A stretch of DNA of 64,000 nucleotides from Candidatus Limnocylindrales bacterium (GTDB lineage Bacteria; Moduliflexota; Moduliflexia; Moduliflexales; JAUQPW01). The translations under genes and the position numbers were made by a program. The stretch covers positions 186,001 to 250,000 of the forward strand of contig DATMBG010000051.1 in NCBI GenBank assembly GCA_035559535.1. The letters are read 5' to 3'. Numbering within the stretch: position 1 is the stretch's first letter; each line of letters opens with the position of its first letter. Below, piece after piece: positions 1 to 10,118 of this stretch. Under the pieces are notes generated by a model. That model was not told the DNA's origin. It searched no databases and saw only the letters and a list, made by a program, of their open reading frames with translations.

Positions 1-258
1 GGGAAGGTGGTGAACCTCCATTTTTATAATCTTTTAGGATTTTTAGCCAAACTGGGGCTTGCAGGCATCGCCATGGGAGCTTCCATTTACTTTTATCACG
101 ATTGGGTTAAGGTTTTATTGGACCTCTCTCACCTGGTGGGCCGTGGAATTCTAGTCGGCTCTGCCGGAATGGTAGGACTGTTAACTTTCTTCGGCATGGT
201 TCTCCTTTTGAGGGTCCGAGAGGTGGGAACTCTGGTTCACTTACTCAGACCTCATTAA
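1..258 (+). CDS. murJ: Probable lipid II flippase MurJ/MviN, C-terminal fragment (5' truncated by window)
   Basis: Frame open from base 1. Two hydrophobic helices ending ...GLLTFFGMVLLLRVREV..., which resembles the typical MurJ C-terminus. Confidence 0.6.
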   Translation, partial: GKVVNLHFYNLLGFLAKLGLAGIAMGASIYFYHDWVKVLLDLSHLVGRGILVGSAGMVGLLTFFGMVLLLRVREVGTLVHLLRPH

Positions 259-267
259 AAACCTGGC

Positions 268-768
268 ATGGTGCGTATTTTTCTGAAAATACCCGGGCAA
301 CTTCATCCCAAAACCGGTGGAAGGAACAACAGGCAAAAGGCAAAAATAATCGGGGTAGTTCCCTTTGCCTTGGGTTTTCTGTTCGTTCTGGGGAGTTGTA
401 CCAACAAGGGCGAAACCCCTGAGGAGATTGCCAGAATGTTTTTGGATAAGTATTATATCGAAATCGACCAGGAGGGCGCCCTTCCTATCAGTGCCGGGTT
501 GGCAGAGAAAAAACTCAAAGAAGAATTAAAACTGGTGGAAGGCATCCGGGGCATGGGGGTCTCACCCCAACAGGCAAAGCCCAACATTTATTATAAATTC
601 CAGGACGTTAAAGAATCCGGTCCTGCCACCAAAGTTTTTCGATACAAAATTATCATCAAGGGAGGACCGCAAGAGGTCCAGAAAGATGCCATTATGATTG
701 TTTCCAAAGTAAATAATGTCTGGAAGGTAACCAATTACGATACTTTCGAGGCTTCATCTCCCCCATAA
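268..768 (+). CDS. Hypothetical lipoprotein
   Basis: Hydrophobic stretch with lipobox-like LGSC, then a small soluble domain ending WKV. The start may lie further downstream. Confidence 0.6.
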   Translation: MVRIFLKIPGQLHPKTGGRNNRQKAKIIGVVPFALGFLFVLGSCTNKGETPEEIARMFLDKYYIEIDQEGALPISAGLAEKKLKEELKLVEGIRGMGVSPQQAKPNIYYKFQDVKESGPATKVFRYKIIIKGGPQEVQKDAIMIVSKVNNVWKVTNYDTFEASSPP

Positions 769-835
769 AGGGTGGTTGAGTGTTATGGATCTGTCCGGAC
801 ATTAAAGAATATCCCAACGAGTTACTCATCCTTCC

Positions 836-3151
836 TTAACGGGTCACACGTACCGATCCCTCTATTTCCACACGATTTTGTGAATGGCTTTTAAAGTGAC
901 TTATGACTTTTAGCCAACTTACTGCTTTCTGTAACTCTTCCCGAGTAATAGGAACCCCTCCATATCGTGCTTTGTAGTAGAGGCAGGTGATTTCTTGAAC
1001 TTCCGGGGTGTAAGGTACCTGTTTTTCTGCCAGTTGAAAAACAAATTCTTGGGGAGTTTGAGGGCCCTTCTTAGGAAATCCCTTTTTAGCAAGAATTCGA
1101 AGCATCCTCACATATAGCCTGGCTATTTGGAGTTGTTCAGGAGAAGCGGGGGAATGGGGAAAAAGTTTTTTGAACTCGGCCTTTTGCTTAGAGCGAAAGA
1201 GGATAATACCCACGGCAGTTAACCCAATGGCTATAACCGAGAGGGTGATCAGATTTTCTCGACTCAGCAAGGTTTTGATCCGATCCAACCGGGGCAGATC
1301 GGAGGGAAGTTTTTCCAGATACTTTGCCATCTGCCGCTGGAGGCGAAGCGTTTTATTCCTCAGGGTTATGGCCATTTCCACCTGATCCATGAGGTTGTAT
1401 TGGACAATATAACGGTCCCAGCGGGTTCGGATAAAATCAAGGTAGCGGTTTACTCTATTTACAACCGGAATCCGGTCGATAACCGGGGCGTATTCTTCAC
1501 TAAACGCAGCAGGGGGAGTGGGATCGAAGGTAATCCAACCTTTGCCGGGGAAGAAAACCTCAACCCAGGAGTGGGCATCGCTTTGTCGAACCACAAAATA
1601 CTTTCCAAACTCGTTCCACTGGCCTTGCTGGAACCCATTGACTATTCTGGCCGGAATATCCAGGGTTCGCAATAAAACCACCATACCCGTCGCGAAATAT
1701 TCACAATGTCCGGCCCGGTTTTTAAAGAAGAAATCTTCCAGGGGATCGACCCCTTTCTCCCTTTTTACCTCCAGACTATAGGTAAAATTATCCTGTAAAA
1801 ATCGCTCAATGGCCCTGGCTTTATCATAGGGATGTAAAGAGTTTTCAGTGATGGATCTGGCCAGTTTTTTTATTTCCGGAGACAGGGGCGGGAGTTGGGT
1901 ATATCTTTCCTTCAGGTCGGAAACTTCTCCATAGTCCATCGGACCTTCCTTGAGTTCTTCTTCAGAAGGGACTTTAAGATCCGAGTAAACGGTATACTTG
2001 CGCCCTCGATAGGGTGGGAAATCAGAACGAATCGTACCGGAAAGTTCATCTACATTGAGAGGGGTAAACATGCCGGCTACTCCTTGAATTTGATGGGCTC
2101 CGAAAATCACCGTAGAGGTAATGGGACTTACCTCGATTTCCTGTCTGAGTAAGGATGAGCCCCCCTTCAACTTTCCACCGAGGAAGGGTAAACGGGGACG
2201 CTCTCCCACGTTAAAAAAGTAGGTTGTTTTTCCGTCTAAAGTCAGTTCTGACCTTCCGGCTACTTTCCTCTCTTGCTTTCTGGAAACCTTCCAACTTCGA
2301 CCATCGTAGAAATCGAGGGATATACCCCGCCAGTAGAGTAAAGTCGAGGGTTTTCCGGATATATCCGGGAGTTCCACCCGCATAATCGGCGTATGGTTCT
2401 TCCGGATATTCCCAAAGGAACCCAGTATTACCTCGTCGGAGAAACCCGAAACAGGTTGAATCCTCTCCTTCTCCTGGAAAAAATAACCAATACTGATCCG
2501 AGGGACTACAAAGAAAATCGTCAGGGTAACTGCAAACATCAGAAGGGTGAGCATCGAGGTACCCAGGAAAAAAGAGGGATTAAGGATACTCTCAAACCGA
2601 TACATCTGAAAGATATTCGGATGCGGCGTACGTTCGGAATCCAGAGCATAGGACGCAATGGATAAAATCTGGGGCTTTTGATGGATCTCGATCTGTTGTT
2701 TAAGATGAAAGATAATTAAGGTCCAGGTGGCCAGAACGGTATATAAGATAAAGGGGATGGAGAAGATCACATCGGTTGTTACAACCGCAACGGTTAAAAG
2801 TTGAATGAAACTAATAACATAAAGAAACAGGTAATCTCTATTTTCTTTTTTCTGGAAGAGCTTTGTGACTTGAAGAAAGATCAGAAAGCTTACAATCCCT
2901 ACAACGGGATATCTTCGGATAAAAAGGATGTCTACAATGGACAGGAAGGCCGCCGGTAGAATCAAGGCATTCCAGAAGCGGTTGGATATACGAAGATGGA
3001 TTCTATCGCTGTCGATCATCCATCCTGTGGTAAGAAGGATCGTAAAGAGAATCAGATAGGAAGTACCAAAAAACTCCGTAAGAAGTAAGGATAGGAAGCC
3101 ACATGCGATGAGTAGATAACTGAATAACCTAAAGTAGGAAAGGAGTTTCAT
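836..3151 (-). CDS. Transglutaminase TgpA-family membrane protein (DUF3488 + transglutaminase + DUF4129)
   Basis: N-terminal multi-TM region. Catalytic motifs GHCEYFAT and DAHSWVEVFFPGKGWITFDPTP. C-terminal TPQEF...YYKARYG. Confidence 0.92.
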   Translation of the reverse strand: MKLLSYFRLFSYLLIACGFLSLLLTEFFGTSYLILFTILLTTGWMIDSDRIHLRISNRFWNALILPAAFLSIVDILFIRRYPVVGIVSFLIFLQVTKLFQKKENRDYLFLYVISFIQLLTVAVVTTDVIFSIPFILYTVLATWTLIIFHLKQQIEIHQKPQILSIASYALDSERTPHPNIFQMYRFESILNPSFFLGTSMLTLLMFAVTLTIFFVVPRISIGYFFQEKERIQPVSGFSDEVILGSFGNIRKNHTPIMRVELPDISGKPSTLLYWRGISLDFYDGRSWKVSRKQERKVAGRSELTLDGKTTYFFNVGERPRLPFLGGKLKGGSSLLRQEIEVSPITSTVIFGAHQIQGVAGMFTPLNVDELSGTIRSDFPPYRGRKYTVYSDLKVPSEEELKEGPMDYGEVSDLKERYTQLPPLSPEIKKLARSITENSLHPYDKARAIERFLQDNFTYSLEVKREKGVDPLEDFFFKNRAGHCEYFATGMVVLLRTLDIPARIVNGFQQGQWNEFGKYFVVRQSDAHSWVEVFFPGKGWITFDPTPPAAFSEEYAPVIDRIPVVNRVNRYLDFIRTRWDRYIVQYNLMDQVEMAITLRNKTLRLQRQMAKYLEKLPSDLPRLDRIKTLLSRENLITLSVIAIGLTAVGIILFRSKQKAEFKKLFPHSPASPEQLQIARLYVRMLRILAKKGFPKKGPQTPQEFVFQLAEKQVPYTPEVQEITCLYYKARYGGVPITREELQKAVSWLKVISHFKSHSQNRVEIEGSVRVTR

Positions 3152-3206
3152 TTTTGTCCCTGGTCGGTAGTCAGGAGTTCAGCATCTTAAGTCTGTGGAT
3201 TAAGGT

Positions 3207-4337
3207 TTAAGGGCCATCCTTTATGGGAATTGACTGAAAGGGTCGATGGCCATCGACCCGTACTGATGATATACCTCTAATGAACCCAGAACTGTGGAAA
3301 ATGGACGTTTTTCCATCAAGACCTATAAGGATCTGCAGACCGCCTTTTCCATTCAGCTTTTGCGCTGCAGCAAGGAGCCTTGCGCGGGCCTGCCCATGGG
3401 TTGGTTCCAGAAGTGCTAAAACTCGTAGAATTTTAAACAGATGGACACAACCCCCATTGAAGGAGACCGTTTCAGAAGGGGTGATTAACTGGACCTCAAA
3501 GTTTTGATGGAGAAAATGCCAGGCGTAAGAAGCCGCCATATCCACAGCATCGTCGAGCTTCTGAACCAGACTTTGACTCCCCATTTCGGCTTCCCACTCG
3601 GAGGGACAGGAAGTATCCACGATCAGAGTCGCCCTCCTTCTGGACTCATCTTCAAATTCCCGGACCATGAGTCGAGACGACTTGGCCGTTGTTTTCCAAT
3701 GGATCCGTCGGGAACTATCCCCGGGAGTATACTCTCGAATCCCATTAAAATCCGTCCCCATCCCCCTCCGATCTACCTCCTGTTCTCCCTCCAGAAAAGC
3801 AGGGGAATCGGATAACCCGTGAATCGATTCGATTTTGGGATAGACCAGGACCTTCTGTTTGGGATCTAAAATCCTGGCACGCAGGCAAAGGCCGAAGGGA
3901 TATCCTGTCGAGACTTTAAGTCCCTTCAAGGAATGAAGGCCCCGGCGGCCGAGAACCAGGGTATATCGAAGGGTTACCTCACCTTTTGCCGGTATTTTTA
4001 TGAAAAAGGCCTTCGGTAACTCTGAAAATTCTTGCGAAAGATCCTCAACCAGAAGCGAAAAGGAAGGGAAGAGTCGCTTATGGTTAGTTAAAGTTACTTT
4101 CACAGAAAAAGGTTTACGCGCGTAAATGTGTTCGGGGAGGGTTCTCTGAACCTGAATTTTTCGAAGGGAAAGGGTGGAAAGGAGTCCAGAAGTGATAATA
4201 AAGCTGGACATCATTCCGAGAATTAAATAAAGTAAATTGTTACCGGTATTAACCGCGGCAATCCCGATGAGGAGGGTTAAACCTGAGAATATTTTTCCTT
4301 CGCGGGTCAACTTAACGATGTAGTTAGAGGGCCACAT
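3207..4337 (-). CDS. DUF58 domain protein
   Basis: AAVNTGNNLLYL, YPFGL and GIREYTPGDSSRRIHWKTTAK...LMVREFE motifs; adjacent to tgpA-like gene. Confidence 0.92.
   Translation of the reverse strand: MWPSNYIVKLTREGKIFSGLTLLIGIAAVNTGNNLLYLILGMMSSFIITSGLLSTLSLRKIQVQRTLPEHIYARKPFSVKVTLTNHKRLFPSFSLLVEDLSQEFSELPKAFFIKIPAKGEVTLRYTLVLGRRGLHSLKGLKVSTGYPFGLCLRARILDPKQKVLVYPKIESIHGLSDSPAFLEGEQEVDRRGMGTDFNGIREYTPGDSSRRIHWKTTAKSSRLMVREFEDESRRRATLIVDTSCPSEWEAEMGSQSLVQKLDDAVDMAASYAWHFLHQNFEVQLITPSETVSFNGGCVHLFKILRVLALLEPTHGQARARLLAAAQKLNGKGGLQILIGLDGKTSIFHSSGFIRGISSVRVDGHRPFQSIPIKDGP
3236..3263 (-). repeat. REP family 1 copy embedded in the DUF58 3' coding region
   Basis: Reverse complement is gtacgggtcgatggccatcgaccctttc, near-identical to 11980-12007. 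Confidence 0.7.
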
Positions 4338-4428
4338 GTATCTTTAATATAGCAACTTCTGTTCCAGGATGCCAGAGCTTTTTGTGGCCCTCTCTCTCCA
4401 TCTCCGGTTTTTCAAAAATCTTAACCAA

Positions 4429-4456
4429 GTACGGGCGCAAGGCCTTGCGCCCCTAC
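4429..4456. repeat. REP family 1 palindrome
   Basis: gtacgggcgcaaggccttgcgcccctac, a 28-bp palindrome with GTAG/GTAC ends. Confidence 0.8.
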
Positions 4457-4516
4457 TGGTTCCTTCCTTCCATCTCCTTATCGGGCTCCCTTTCCATCCC
4501 AGATTTTCAAAAAATC

Positions 4517-4816
4517 TCAAGGATGGTTGACAACTTCAAGTCCTTTGGTCAGCCGCTCTTTCAGTTGAATCATTAGCTGGAATAGATTTTCTTTCAAGAC
4601 ATCCCCGTTTTTAAATCGGACCCAGACCCGGTCGATCTGCTCTTCGAGCTTTCGGACTTCGCGCCATAGATTGGGATATCTCCGCAACCGGGCTCTAAAA
4701 TTTAAAGGGGCTCTGGGATAAGAGAATTGCTGGATAAGCTCTTCATAAAATTGATCCGGGTTAAACCTAGACCCGGTATATCTTTCTTTCAATTCTTTTA
4801 CTTCTAAAAACTCCAT
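4517..4816 (-). CDS. Hypothetical helical protein
   Basis: 99-aa ATG ORF co-oriented between recA and DUF58, charged and helical in composition, no recognised motif. Confidence 0.55.
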   Translation of the reverse strand: MEFLEVKELKERYTGSRFNPDQFYEELIQQFSYPRAPLNFRARLRRYPNLWREVRKLEEQIDRVWVRFKNGDVLKENLFQLMIQLKERLTKGLEVVNHP

Positions 4817-4886
4817 ACTGCTTTCAAACGTTTCAAGGGAGAGGTCATCCTCTCATGAAGTTGTTGGAAATAGCATTGATCTGTTG

Positions 4887-4948
4887 ATAGAGATAAAGAG
4901 TGTCTGGAGATTTGAGACCTTTAAAATCTCCGGGCACCCCCTATCTCC
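4887..4948 (-). terminator. Hairpin downstream of recA
   Basis: tgtctggagattt...aaatctccgggca inverted repeat with flanking gagata/tatctc. Confidence 0.5.
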
Positions 4949-4967
4949 AAGACTAAGATTTCCAGAC

Positions 4968-6074
4968 CTATACCTCGGCAAGGGTAGATACTTCCACCTC
5001 CTCGGAAATGCTTCCCATCTCCATAAATCCTTCCGGTTCCGGCGTTGAAACAGATTTCATACTCCGGGGTTTATCCAGACTCCAACGCTCTCGAATCTGC
5101 TGGGTGATCATCTCGGTTACTTCGGGATGTTCTTTTAAATAGGCCTTGACTGCCTCCCGTCCCTGTCCAATTCGCTCTCCATTATAGGCATACCAGGCTC
5201 CACTTTTGGTCATGATACCCAGGTTGGAAGCCAGATCCAGGATATCTCCTTCTCTGGAGATCCCTTCTCCGTAAAGGATATCGAACTCGGCTTCCTTAAA
5301 GGGAGGAGCTACTTTGTTTTTAACCACCTTGACTTTGGTTCGACTTCCAATAACATCCTGACCTTGCTTGATGGAAGTCATTTTGCGCACCTCCAGTCGT
5401 TGGGAAGCATAAAACTTAAGGGCCCTTCCCCCCGTGGTCGTTTCGTTATTACCGAACATAATCCCGATTTTTTCACGAATCTGATTGATAAAAATCACCG
5501 TTGTACGGGATTTACTGATGACAGCGGCCAGTTTCCGCATGGCCTGGGACATCAATCGGGCTTGAAGCCCCATCTGAGCATCTCCCATTTCCCCTTCCAA
5601 CTCCGCTTTGGGTACCAGCGCTGCAACGGAATCGATAATAACCAGATCAATAGCACCGCTTCGAACCAGAATATCGGCGATTTCTAAAGCCTGCTCTCCA
5701 TGATCGGGTTGGGAAATGAGAAGTTCATCGGTATTGACCCCTAATCTTCTGGCATACTTGGCATCCAGGGCGTGCTCTGCATCGATAAAAGCGACGGTAC
5801 CCCCTTGTTTTTGAGCTTCGGCGGCAATATGAAGCGCCAGGGTGGTCTTGCCGGAAGCTTCCGTTCCGTAAATTTCAATAATTCGACCCCGGGGTACCCC
5901 GCCAACCCCAAGGGCTAAATCCAGAGATAAACACCCTGTTGAGATAACCGGGATGTTTTCGACCGTTTCCTCTTGACCGAGTTTCATAATGGCCCCTTTT
6001 CCGAACTGCTTGTTGATTTGTGAAACTGCTAAATCTAAGGCTTTCGACCGTTTTTCTAAATCATTGTTATTCAT
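4968..6074 (-). CDS. recA: Recombinase RecA
   Basis: [57 protein letters not shown] at 6074 (MNNNDLEK) preferred over the upstream TTG. Confidence 0.99.
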   Translation of the reverse strand: MNNNDLEKRSKALDLAVSQINKQFGKGAIMKLGQEETVENIPVISTGCLSLDLALGVGGVPRGRIIEIYGTEASGKTTLALHIAAEAQKQGGTVAFIDAEHALDAKYARRLGVNTDELLISQPDHGEQALEIADILVRSGAIDLVIIDSVAALVPKAELEGEMGDAQMGLQARLMSQAMRKLAAVISKSRTTVIFINQIREKIGIMFGNNETTTGGRALKFYASQRLEVRKMTSIKQGQDVIGSRTKVKVVKNKVAPPFKEAEFDILYGEGISREGDILDLASNLGIMTKSGAWYAYNGERIGQGREAVKAYLKEHPEVTEMITQQIRERWSLDKPRSMKSVSTPEPEGFMEMGSISEEVEVSTLAEV

Positions 6075-6222
6075 ATAGATTAACCTGATTTGCAATTTAC
6101 CGGTTAGGGTTTTTGCAAAGAGTGGAAAGAGACGAAGCTCTGGAAGGTTCTTGTACCCTTATGGCTTCCCCCTTATCCTTTCTTAAAAAAATAGGTTTCC
6201 TGCAGATCATGCCTTTTATTCT

Positions 6223-6251
6223 AAGCTAGGGCGAAAAAAAGACGAAGTCAA
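6223..6251 (-). promoter_or_regulatory. Sigma70-type promoter for recA
   Basis: Minus strand TTGACT-17 nt-TAGCTT. Confidence 0.5.
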
Positions 6252-6370
6252 GAAAAAAAATAAAAAGTTTCACAAAAAATTTTCAGCAAAGGACGGTAAG
6301 ATAGAACGGTGACCAAAAAAGGAAGAAGGGTAAGGCCGGTCAGGAGGTATGGATCATTTACCTTTTTACT

Positions 6371-7387
6371 TTAGGGGGTCCATTGGAAGCCCAAAGAGGA
6401 AACCACCGAGAAATCAGGAGTGGATTGAGGTCGATTGAGGTTTTCCACGCCGCCCAGTTTCCAAATCAGATCCTTCCAAATCCGACAACTAAATCCCGCC
6501 GTCAACTCAAAAGCACTTCCATTATCCAGGGAGGTAGCCCCTGTGTCGTGAAAGGGGGTGGTATGGAATCCCAACTGGGCAAGGAGCGAAAACCGGGGGG
6601 TCCATCTGTATTCGCCGGCAAACCCAAAGCTAAAAATCGGACGGAGATCCCAATCAAAAGGTTCCAAAGGACCTCCCGGAAAGATGAGATTGGTGTCTCC
6701 ATATAGGGTGAAGTTTCCAAGGGATTTTTGGAAGACCGCTCCGATTCCAAAGTCGGGATGACCGCTTCCGAAGACTAAAGTTTCATCTCCTGTGGGAAGT
6801 TTAAGAGCTGCCCGGGCAGCTATTCCCCAGTGACCCGGGCTTTCCTTGACCAAGTGGAATTTTCCCTTTAAAATAATATCTCCCGGTCCGGAGTCTCCCG
6901 TTGTAAACTCCAAAGAAGTTCCATCGGTGGTTCGGAGAATGGAGAAATCAACGATATTCTGAGGGCGCTGATCCCGTGCCGGAAAGGTAGCTCCGATAAG
7001 ACCTTCGACTCCCTCAATAAAGGGATCCAGGAATCCCCCATGCCGCCACAGAAAAGGGATCTCTACCCCTGCTTCTAGGGCCTCTGTGATACCATAGGTC
7101 AGGATCAGCGCCAATCGACTGATTTCTTGATCCAGAAGGATGAAAATATTCGGGGGATTCGAGTTGATATTTAACGTGTTACTCTCTGCGAAGTTCAGCT
7201 CGACTTTCAATCGATTCCTGGGAAGGGTTTCTGCCTGTTCCGTAGGAAAGCTGAGAAATAATCCTTGGAGGGGGTGATAATTATGTACGGCTAAAGGACC
7301 CTGGGGGAGAGAGGCCGGGTAGGCTACTACACTCAGAACCATCTGGAGAACCACCCACCAAGATCCCCTTAAAATTAAATGTTTCAC
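6371..7387 (-). CDS. DUF3187-like exported / outer-membrane protein
   Basis: Signal peptide, P..HNYHPLQGLFL, HGGFLDPFIEG, LKLPTGD...GSGHPDFG and a C-terminal beta-signal-like end. Confidence 0.75.
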   Translation of the reverse strand: MKHLILRGSWWVVLQMVLSVVAYPASLPQGPLAVHNYHPLQGLFLSFPTEQAETLPRNRLKVELNFAESNTLNINSNPPNIFILLDQEISRLALILTYGITEALEAGVEIPFLWRHGGFLDPFIEGVEGLIGATFPARDQRPQNIVDFSILRTTDGTSLEFTTGDSGPGDIILKGKFHLVKESPGHWGIAARAALKLPTGDETLVFGSGHPDFGIGAVFQKSLGNFTLYGDTNLIFPGGPLEPFDWDLRPIFSFGFAGEYRWTPRFSLLAQLGFHTTPFHDTGATSLDNGSAFELTAGFSCRIWKDLIWKLGGVENLNRPQSTPDFSVVSSLGFQWTP

Positions 7388-7396
7388 AAGCCGTAC

Positions 7397-7888
7397 TTAA
7401 TCGAACTTCCCTGTCTCCTCTAAAGACCGTACTTCTAAAGCTATTGACTCTTCACCAGACTTTTCTTCCAGAACCTGTAGACGACGCTCCAATCTTTCCA
7501 AAGCAGACGTCACTACTAATTCTAAGTGGGTAATCCGTTCCGTGTCAACAGTTAATTTATATCCAACTTTCTTAGCCTGAAGGTGACGAAATCTTTCCAA
7601 GATCTGCAAAACCCACTCCCCTAATAGAAGAACAAAAGTTCCAAAGATGAGTAAGAGCGATCCGGTCAGCCCGAAGACACTTACCATCCAAAGGAGACGA
7701 ATATCTGCCGTAGGGGCGGAGGGCCCTCCGCCCGTACAAACATCACGGCCTACCTGTAAAAGCTGATAGAGGACATACAGGCCGCTAAGACTTCCCAGGA
7801 TGGCAAAAATCCTGAGGCTAATTTTCATAGGGACACGTAGGAATTGCATAAGTAGGTTAAACGTCTCGTTTGATGTCATGACCTCCAT
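7397..7888 (-). CDS. Hypothetical two-TM membrane protein with C-terminal coiled coil (true start probably downstream of the REP at 7852-7874)
   Basis: Two hydrophobic helices followed by a heptad-like LERLERRLQVLE. Confidence 0.6.
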   Translation of the reverse strand: MEVMTSNETFNLLMQFLRVPMKISLRIFAILGSLSGLYVLYQLLQVGRDVCTGGGPSAPTADIRLLWMVSVFGLTGSLLLIFGTFVLLLGEWVLQILERFRHLQAKKVGYKLTVDTERITHLELVVTSALERLERRLQVLEEKSGEESIALEVRSLEETGKFD

Positions 7889-7991
7889 TTTTAAAACTTG
7901 GAAGTTTTAAAGTTACAAAGTTTACTGCCAGATGAAAGGAGTTAAAGAAAACTTCTCAAAGCGAAGAAGTAGGTCAAACGTCTCGTTTGAT
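7852..7991 (+). repeat. Two direct copies of REP family 2 (GTAG-GTCAAACG-NNN-CGTTTGAY)
   Basis: gtaggttaaacgtctcgtttgat at 7852-7874 and gtaggtcaaacgtctcgtttgat at 7969-7991. Confidence 0.8.
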
Positions 7992-8356
7992 GAAGAAAGG
8001 GATCTATTTTTGATATAAATTTAAGGGATAAGAAGTTTAAAAGTCAAAGTGGAGGAAGATCGATCTGGGATGATTAGCAATTAAAATAAACTTTCTTTAA
8101 ACTTTTTTGTCACAGGTTCCACGGATTTTTAGACGAGGGAAAGAAAGAGGGTCAGAAGGTTTCACAGAAACAGAAGGTTTTTATTTCTAACTTTTTTGCT
8201 ATGAAAAGACCTTTTTTCTTTTAAAGGTTGTGTTGGAACCCGGATACCTGTGATTTCCCTTTTTGTTTATTAACTTTTTCCTTGACTTCAAAGTTTTAAA
8301 AAGATTCAATGTGCTCAAAGCACAGGGGGAGAGTGGATAAGAATAAGGAGGTCAAC

Positions 8357-9079
8357 ATGAAAATTGATGTATCGTCGATCAGAGCCCTGACCTTCGATGT
8401 GTTTGGTACGGTTGTCGATTGGCGTACTAGCCTCATCGAGGAAGGGATGCAGTTTGGAAAGTCCAAGGGAATTGAGGTGGACTGGGCTAAGTTTGCCGAT
8501 GCCTGGCGAGGTGGCTATGCGCCGGCCATGGATCGTGTTCGTCGAGGGGAGCTCCCCTGGATGAAAATAGATGCCTTGCACCGGATGATCCTCGATCAAT
8601 TACTGAACGAATTCAACATTGTTGGACTTTCTCTCGCCGAGAAGGACCATCTGAATCGAGTCTGGCATCGGCTCAAACCGTGGCCGGATGCTGTGAGTGG
8701 ACTTGAAAGATTACGCCGACGATTTATCGTCTCTACCCTTTCTAACGGCAATATCTCTCTGCTGGTTAACATGGCCAGGAATGCAGGCTTGCCCTGGGAC
8801 TGTATCTTATCCGCCGAACTGGCGAAGCATTATAAGCCCGACAAGGAGGTTTACCAGATGGCTGCTGAGCTGTTGGATCTCCGGCCGGATCAAATCCTGA
8901 TGGTAGCCGCCCATAATGGGGACTTGAAAGCAGCCAAGAACGTTGGGTTTAAGACCGCCTTCGTCCAGCGACCCCTGGAGTTTGGCCCCTCTGCAGATAA
9001 AGCAGATTTAACACCAGATCCTTCGGTCGACCTGAGTGCCGGCGACTTCAACGATTTGGCAGATAAGCTGGGCGTTTAG
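8357..9079 (+). CDS. Haloacid dehalogenase type II (HAD superfamily)
   Basis: FDVFGTVVDW, LSNGN, YKPD, MVAAHNGDL. RBS AAGGAGG before ATG 8357. Confidence 0.93.
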   Translation: MKIDVSSIRALTFDVFGTVVDWRTSLIEEGMQFGKSKGIEVDWAKFADAWRGGYAPAMDRVRRGELPWMKIDALHRMILDQLLNEFNIVGLSLAEKDHLNRVWHRLKPWPDAVSGLERLRRRFIVSTLSNGNISLLVNMARNAGLPWDCILSAELAKHYKPDKEVYQMAAELLDLRPDQILMVAAHNGDLKAAKNVGFKTAFVQRPLEFGPSADKADLTPDPSVDLSAGDFNDLADKLGV

Positions 9080-9080
9080 A

Positions 9081-9678
9081 GTACGGGCGACCGGCGGGTT
9101 GCCCCTACCCAGGGGGGGAGGAGAATATTGGTCCTTTAAACTCACTGAAGGACCAGGGGGAAATAAGGACTGGTTCGGATCCTCTGGTTTATATCGTCTT
9201 CGAGGGTTTCGAGTAGATCAAACGTCCCGTTCGATATTGTTGGCGTTTGATCCAGTTAATAGGCTCTTTCTTCCTTGCTGCTATAGCCGGGGTGGCTTGC
9301 TGTAAGCGGTTTTTCTCAGCCGTGATCATCTCAACGATCAAATGAGACGTTGTACGCTTGCCTTGCGCCCCTACTGGCGGCGGTGACTTTCTTAAGGAAG
9401 CCTTCGCCTGGGGAAAGCCCGTCGGGTAAAGGACGCACGGCGTGGGTCGCACCACGAAAGCTTCGTAGGCTAACACCTCGGCCTAAGGTAGGGGCGCAAG
9501 GCAAGGCAAGCGTACGCGGAAGGGGAAACACGGACTACCGCCAATTCTAATCCTCCGGTCGCCTCGACCCCCTTGCTGAATTTATCCTAGCCTGTAGGGG
9601 CGGACGGCCGTCCGCCCGTACTTTAAGTCTTAACCCGACCTTGCGAGATAGTACGCTTGCCTTGCCTTGCGCCCGTAC
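9081..9678. repeat. Cluster of REP family 1 palindromes (9081-9108, 9352-9374, 9488-9515, 9594-9621, 9651-9678) and REP family 2 copies (9213-9235, truncated 9337-9351)
   Basis: Repeated GTAGGGGCG...CGCCCGTAC-type palindromes read directly in the sequence. Confidence 0.8.
9236..9338 (-). pseudogene. IS110-family transposase fragment
   Basis: Minus frame reads IVEMITAEKNRLQQATPAIAARKKEPINWIKRQ, resembling the IS110 coiled-coil segment (LVEMxTAEKNRL...HIxWL). No start or remainder of the gene present. Confidence 0.55.
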
Positions 9679-10118
9679 TTCAGAATTTTTTCAAGCTTAG
9701 GATAGGCGGTTTGTTAAACAGGTTACCCGTTAGGGCTAATATCCTTATCCTGGCGGGTATGAAGAGAAGGGGGAGGCACGCGAGATTTCAAGAAGGATGT
9801 AAGCATAAAAAATCCTCGCCGATAGGGAAGGGGAGGTCCTCCGGTTAAGTTTTGAGATCATAAAGTCCCGAAGCACAGGGGGGTTTAGGCATCTTTCCCT
9901 TTGAAGGACCCCCCAAGGAGAAAAAAGGGAAGGGGAGAAGGCTTGCTTGTGAAGTTTCTCTTTTTCACAAGCTGGAGGATTTATTTTTTCGATTAAACGA
10001 TGTCTTTTTAGGTTTGGGGAGTCACCGGGATAAGAGGGTTCTTTCCATGCTGGGGGAAAGAAAGGAAAAAGATCAAGGCTGGGCATATAGAAATTGGCTG
10101 AAAGAATGCCGGGACTTT

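Noticed and set aside
6075-6370. LexA/SOS box upstream of recA
   Set aside because: No convincing CTGT-N8-ACAG, GAAC-N4-GTTC or GTTC-N7-GTTC match found by eye
9081-9678. Possible CRISPR array (about 28-bp palindromic repeats)
   Set aside because: Repeats differ in sequence, orientation and spacing, are dispersed across the window, and no cas genes are present; they fit REPs
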